Positions 61,009 to 64,000 of a DNA stretch of 64,000 nucleotides are shown one piece after another. Position 1 is the stretch's first letter; every line of letters begins with the position of its first letter. Under the pieces are notes generated by a model. The model did no database searches and was not told the DNA's origin. It saw nothing but the letters and a program-made list of their open reading frames with translations. The stretch lies in contig NC_067400.1 of the NCBI RefSeq assembly GCF_016432865.1, positions 611,382,001 through 611,446,000 on the forward strand, written 5' to 3'. Source of the stretch: Antechinus flavipes (Eukaryota). The translations under genes were made by a program, and so were the position numbers.

Positions 61009-62700
61009 GGACGGGCCTGGGTTCGGGCTGCTCGGGCTCCAGGGCGGGCTCCAGCTCGGCCCGGAGGGAGGACTGAGGGGAGGGGGGGGCGCTGCTGCTG
61101 GGGCCGCGATGCAGATGCTGCCGCCGCTGCTGCCGCGGAAACCGCTGCTGATGCTGCCGCCGCTTTCTCCGCCCCACGCTCCGCTCGCTCTCTCTGCAGC
61201 CTCGGGCGGCGCAGAACGGCTGTTTGTCGGGCCCGCCCGCACCGCCTCCCCTGACTTCTGGGGTCCCTTCCACCTCCCCCGCCGGGACTCCGCCTAATCC
61301 CGACCTGTGCGTTTGGTGGTAAATTATAGTATTATCGCTTATATATCCGTAATTGTAAAATACATAAATAAAATCGCCACTCCTGGTCTTTCGGTGTTAA
61401 AGCATCTGCTGGGGGCGGGGCGGGGGGAGGGGCGGTCATTCCTCTAAGCAGCAGACTGGGGCTCTGAGACAGACCGCGGCCGGCCGCCCGCCCGCCCGCC
61501 GCACGTCGCCCAGAACCCACGCTGACACCCTCCATGTTCTTATTTACTTATCGTATTGTAAACATTTCCCGCCTCAGTTCCCTCATGCTACAGGGCTGGA
61601 AGCTGAGGTTCTAGATTTGGGGCTGGGAAAGTCGTCTCTTCTAACCCGGACATTTAAGAGAGGGGGAAACTGAGGCAGAACTGACAACGGACACATGGCA
61701 AAGTAGGGATTCGAATCCAGGTCCTCTTCCCTCCCTCCTTCCTCTTCTCTCTTTCCTTTTCTTCTCTTCCCTTTCTCCTTTCTCTTATCTCTTTCCTTCC
61801 TCTTCTCTCTCTCTCCCTTCTCTTCTCTTTTTCTCTCCTCTAATCTTGCCTTTCTCCTCCCCTCTCTCCAGGTCCACAGTAGGACCTCCCCGCCAGTTTT
61901 CCTCCTGCCCGCCCGCTTGCATACGCAGCTTCTGTCGCTCGAAAACCCGAGAGCCAACGCTAGGAGGCAGAGCCTCGGCCGGGCGAGGGGGCGGGGCCCG
62001 GGCGGAGCCGCCCCGAGGCGCAGGGCATGGTGGGAGAGGAAGCGGAGCCCACGCTGCGCAGCGTGGATGATGGCGGGGGTCGCGGAGCCTCCGCGCGGCG
62101 CGGGACGGAGGTACGTAGCGAGGGGCGTGGGGGGTCGCCGTTGCGGGTACGTGGCTGATACGTGTCTCGGCAGCCGAAGGGCGCGTGAGGAACCCCGGCT
62201 CCCCTTTTTCTCCTCCCCGGGCCTCGCTTCTGTTTCGCAGGAGGGGACACAGAGGCTGGAGAGGGACGTGCCCGGATCTCAGGCGTGGGGGAGGTGACAT
62301 TTCACATTCACTGCGCTGGAGCTTGGCCTTCCATCTCGTCGTTCCCTTGGGGGAGGGGGAGGGGGAGGGAACGAGCGTCGATCGCTCGCCTGGGTGTGAT
62401 TAAGGCCTTTGCGGCTGCCGTGATTGTCTCCGTTCTCCGGATGGGGAAACCGAGGCAGCCCGCGTGTTCGCGATTTTCGGCCCGGGGGGCCTTCGTCTAG
62501 CACGCGTTTGAATTCCAGTCTTTCCGACTCCAGGTCTAGCGCTCGGTGCGCCGTGGCGCCTCCTAGCTGCCGCAGGGGGCCTAGGTGCAAATCCTACGGG
62601 CCACTCCCTAGAGGGATCCGGGCGAGTCGATTCTCCTTGGGCCTTGGTCTTTTTTTTTTTTTTTTTTTTTTTGTAAAAAGGGGGAGGGGGAGCGTTCAAG
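60380..62700. promoter_or_regulatory. Bidirectional CpG-island promoter of KLHL17 and NOC2L
   Basis: Divergent ATGs at 61008 (-) and 62067 (+), CpG-dense, several GC boxes. Confidence 0.8.
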
Positions 62701-63434
62701 CCCAGTGACGCAGCAAGTCTCTACGTCTTTGCTTCCAGCTTCAGGAGAAAAGGGCAGTATCTCCAGCTCTACAAAGCGATTGGGGGAGGGGAGGGGTCTT
62801 CAGGGGAAGGGTCTCTTCTAGCCGATCGAGCTTGAGCTGCCTCGAGACCGAGCTTGATTGAGCTGCCTCGGAGGCCATGGGGAGGAGGGGCGTGTCTTTG
62901 TCTATTTATTTATATATTTATTCATTCGTTGATTTATTTGTCTTAAGAAACAAGCGATCAGATGGTTATTAATTAGCGCTGACGTATTGTCACTCGATGG
63001 AGGGGGGACGGGAGGGGGTGGCAGGTGGCAGCCGAGGGGACTGTTTATTGCTAATAATTGGTGACAATGACAATAGCGCTCGGGTTGAAGAGCCGTTTAA
63101 TGGCGCGTTTCCTTTGATCCGCTCTGCGCCTGGGGGAGGCGAGGTCTCTAGGTAGAGCCGTGTTGGAAACTGAGGTAGGTGTGCCTGTGGGGGCGGGGCT
63201 CTCCGGGTTCTTTCTGCCAGACTGAAGGCTGTCCGCCATTCTTTTCAGGAAGCTGGCGGAGCTGAGCGTGGATGAGTTCCTCACCTCGGGCTTTGACTCG
63301 GAGCTGGACAGTGGGTCCGAGGAGGAAGAAGGGGCCTGTGGGCCCCCCGCGGGGGCTCCGGGTGGAGCGCGGAGCCAGGCAGCTGCCGGGATGCCCAAGA
63401 GGAAGCCGACCGCCCAGGAGGGGCCAGCCCCAAA
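62067..63434 (+). CDS. NOC2L: Nucleolar complex protein 2 homolog, exons 1-2 (gene continues beyond the window)
   Basis: Exon 1 62067-62110 (MMAGVAEPPRGAGR, donor AG|GTACGT). Exon 2 63249-63434 (R-KLAELSVDEFLTSGFDSE..., donor AA|GTAAAG). LAELSVDEFL.SGFDSE is the NOC2L N-terminal signature. Head-to-head with KLHL17. Confidence 0.88.
62425..62571 (-). mobile_element. CpG-rich CORE-SINE in NOC2L intron 1
   Basis: gatggggaaaccgaggcag...tttgaattccagtctttccgactccagg...gcgcctcctagctgcc follows the reverse SINE layout seen at 4011 and 9249. Confidence 0.75.
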
Positions 63435-64000
63435 GTAAAGGATGGGGACAGGGTGGTGACAGGCCTGTATTCTTCCTCCTTCCTCTGCCCCTCCCCCTCC
63501 CTCCTTAATTAAGCTTTCTTGCTTTCTTTCAGGACTTAAGCTTTTCCACCCACAGAGCCCCCTTTCTCCAGAGAAATGTTTCCCCCACCCTCCTTATGTA
63601 GAAGTAGGTGTGCAAATCAAACGTTTACTGGCAATGAATCATAATCTCGCGGTCTCCATGGTAACTTCTGAGACCCCATATGGGTTGCAACCCACAGTTT
63701 AAGAAGCTTTGGTCCCTCCATCACACGTGGGCGTGGCTGGCCCTCCCCATCCACTGGAGACTGCCAAGCTTCTGGACCAGCCAACTTGTTCTGCTTACCC
63801 AGAGACACTCAGAGAGCGGCCGTTTTCTGGGCTCTCAGCGTCTGCGAGAAAGGCCTGCTGCGCGCGCCCTCTTAGGCCTTGCTCTCCAGCCACCGCTGTG
63901 GGTAGTGGGGGCTCGTCCCAGCCCAGTGCCCTTCAGGGGGTAGCCCTTAGCCGGCATTAAGAACCCAGAAAGGTCACCGCCTCTATCACTTGACGTTGAG

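Noticed and set aside
61009-61242. GTG-initiated 78-aa N-terminal extension of KLHL17
   Set aside because: Stop-free frames are expected in such GC-rich DNA; no independent support, and the TSS is unknown.
5171-63960. Numerous 60-400-aa Gly/Pro/Arg-rich ORFs in the supplied track
   Set aside because: Shadow or overlapping frames of real exons and CpG islands, where stop codons are rare.

Overview
Eukaryotic genomic DNA, most likely from a dasyurid marsupial (inferred from WSINE1-like and MAR1-like CORE-SINEs and the L1 3' ends). The gene order matches the human 1p36.33 block read in reverse. PERM1 is on + (3 coding exons, 871 aa). PLEKHN1 is on - (16 exons, 652 aa). KLHL17 is on - (12 exons, 655 aa, with a GC-AG intron 2 and an 11.5-kb intron 8). 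The first two coding exons of NOC2L are on +, head-to-head with KLHL17. I rebuilt all exon chains by hand and they are phase-compatible. The first ~17 kb is non-coding (TEs, two CpG islands, enhancer-like blocks). No prokaryote-type system, CRISPR array or RNA gene is supported. The most unusual observations are: (i) a ~1.5-kb minisatellite that appears to have grown out of an L2 element and has three higher-order periods (45, 132, 81 bp); (ii) a ~160-bp tandem array built from an L1 tail/flank junction, with AATAAA on both strands, inside PLEKHN1; (iii) a candidate PP1-docking module (KVRF plus RILK) and a triple PEx(Y/C)(D/E)xFF motif in PERM1; (iv) old TEs that are CpG-rich; (v) a cluster of perfect ERR elements; (vi) a probable L1 3' transduction. 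All were found by eye; none has been checked computationally.
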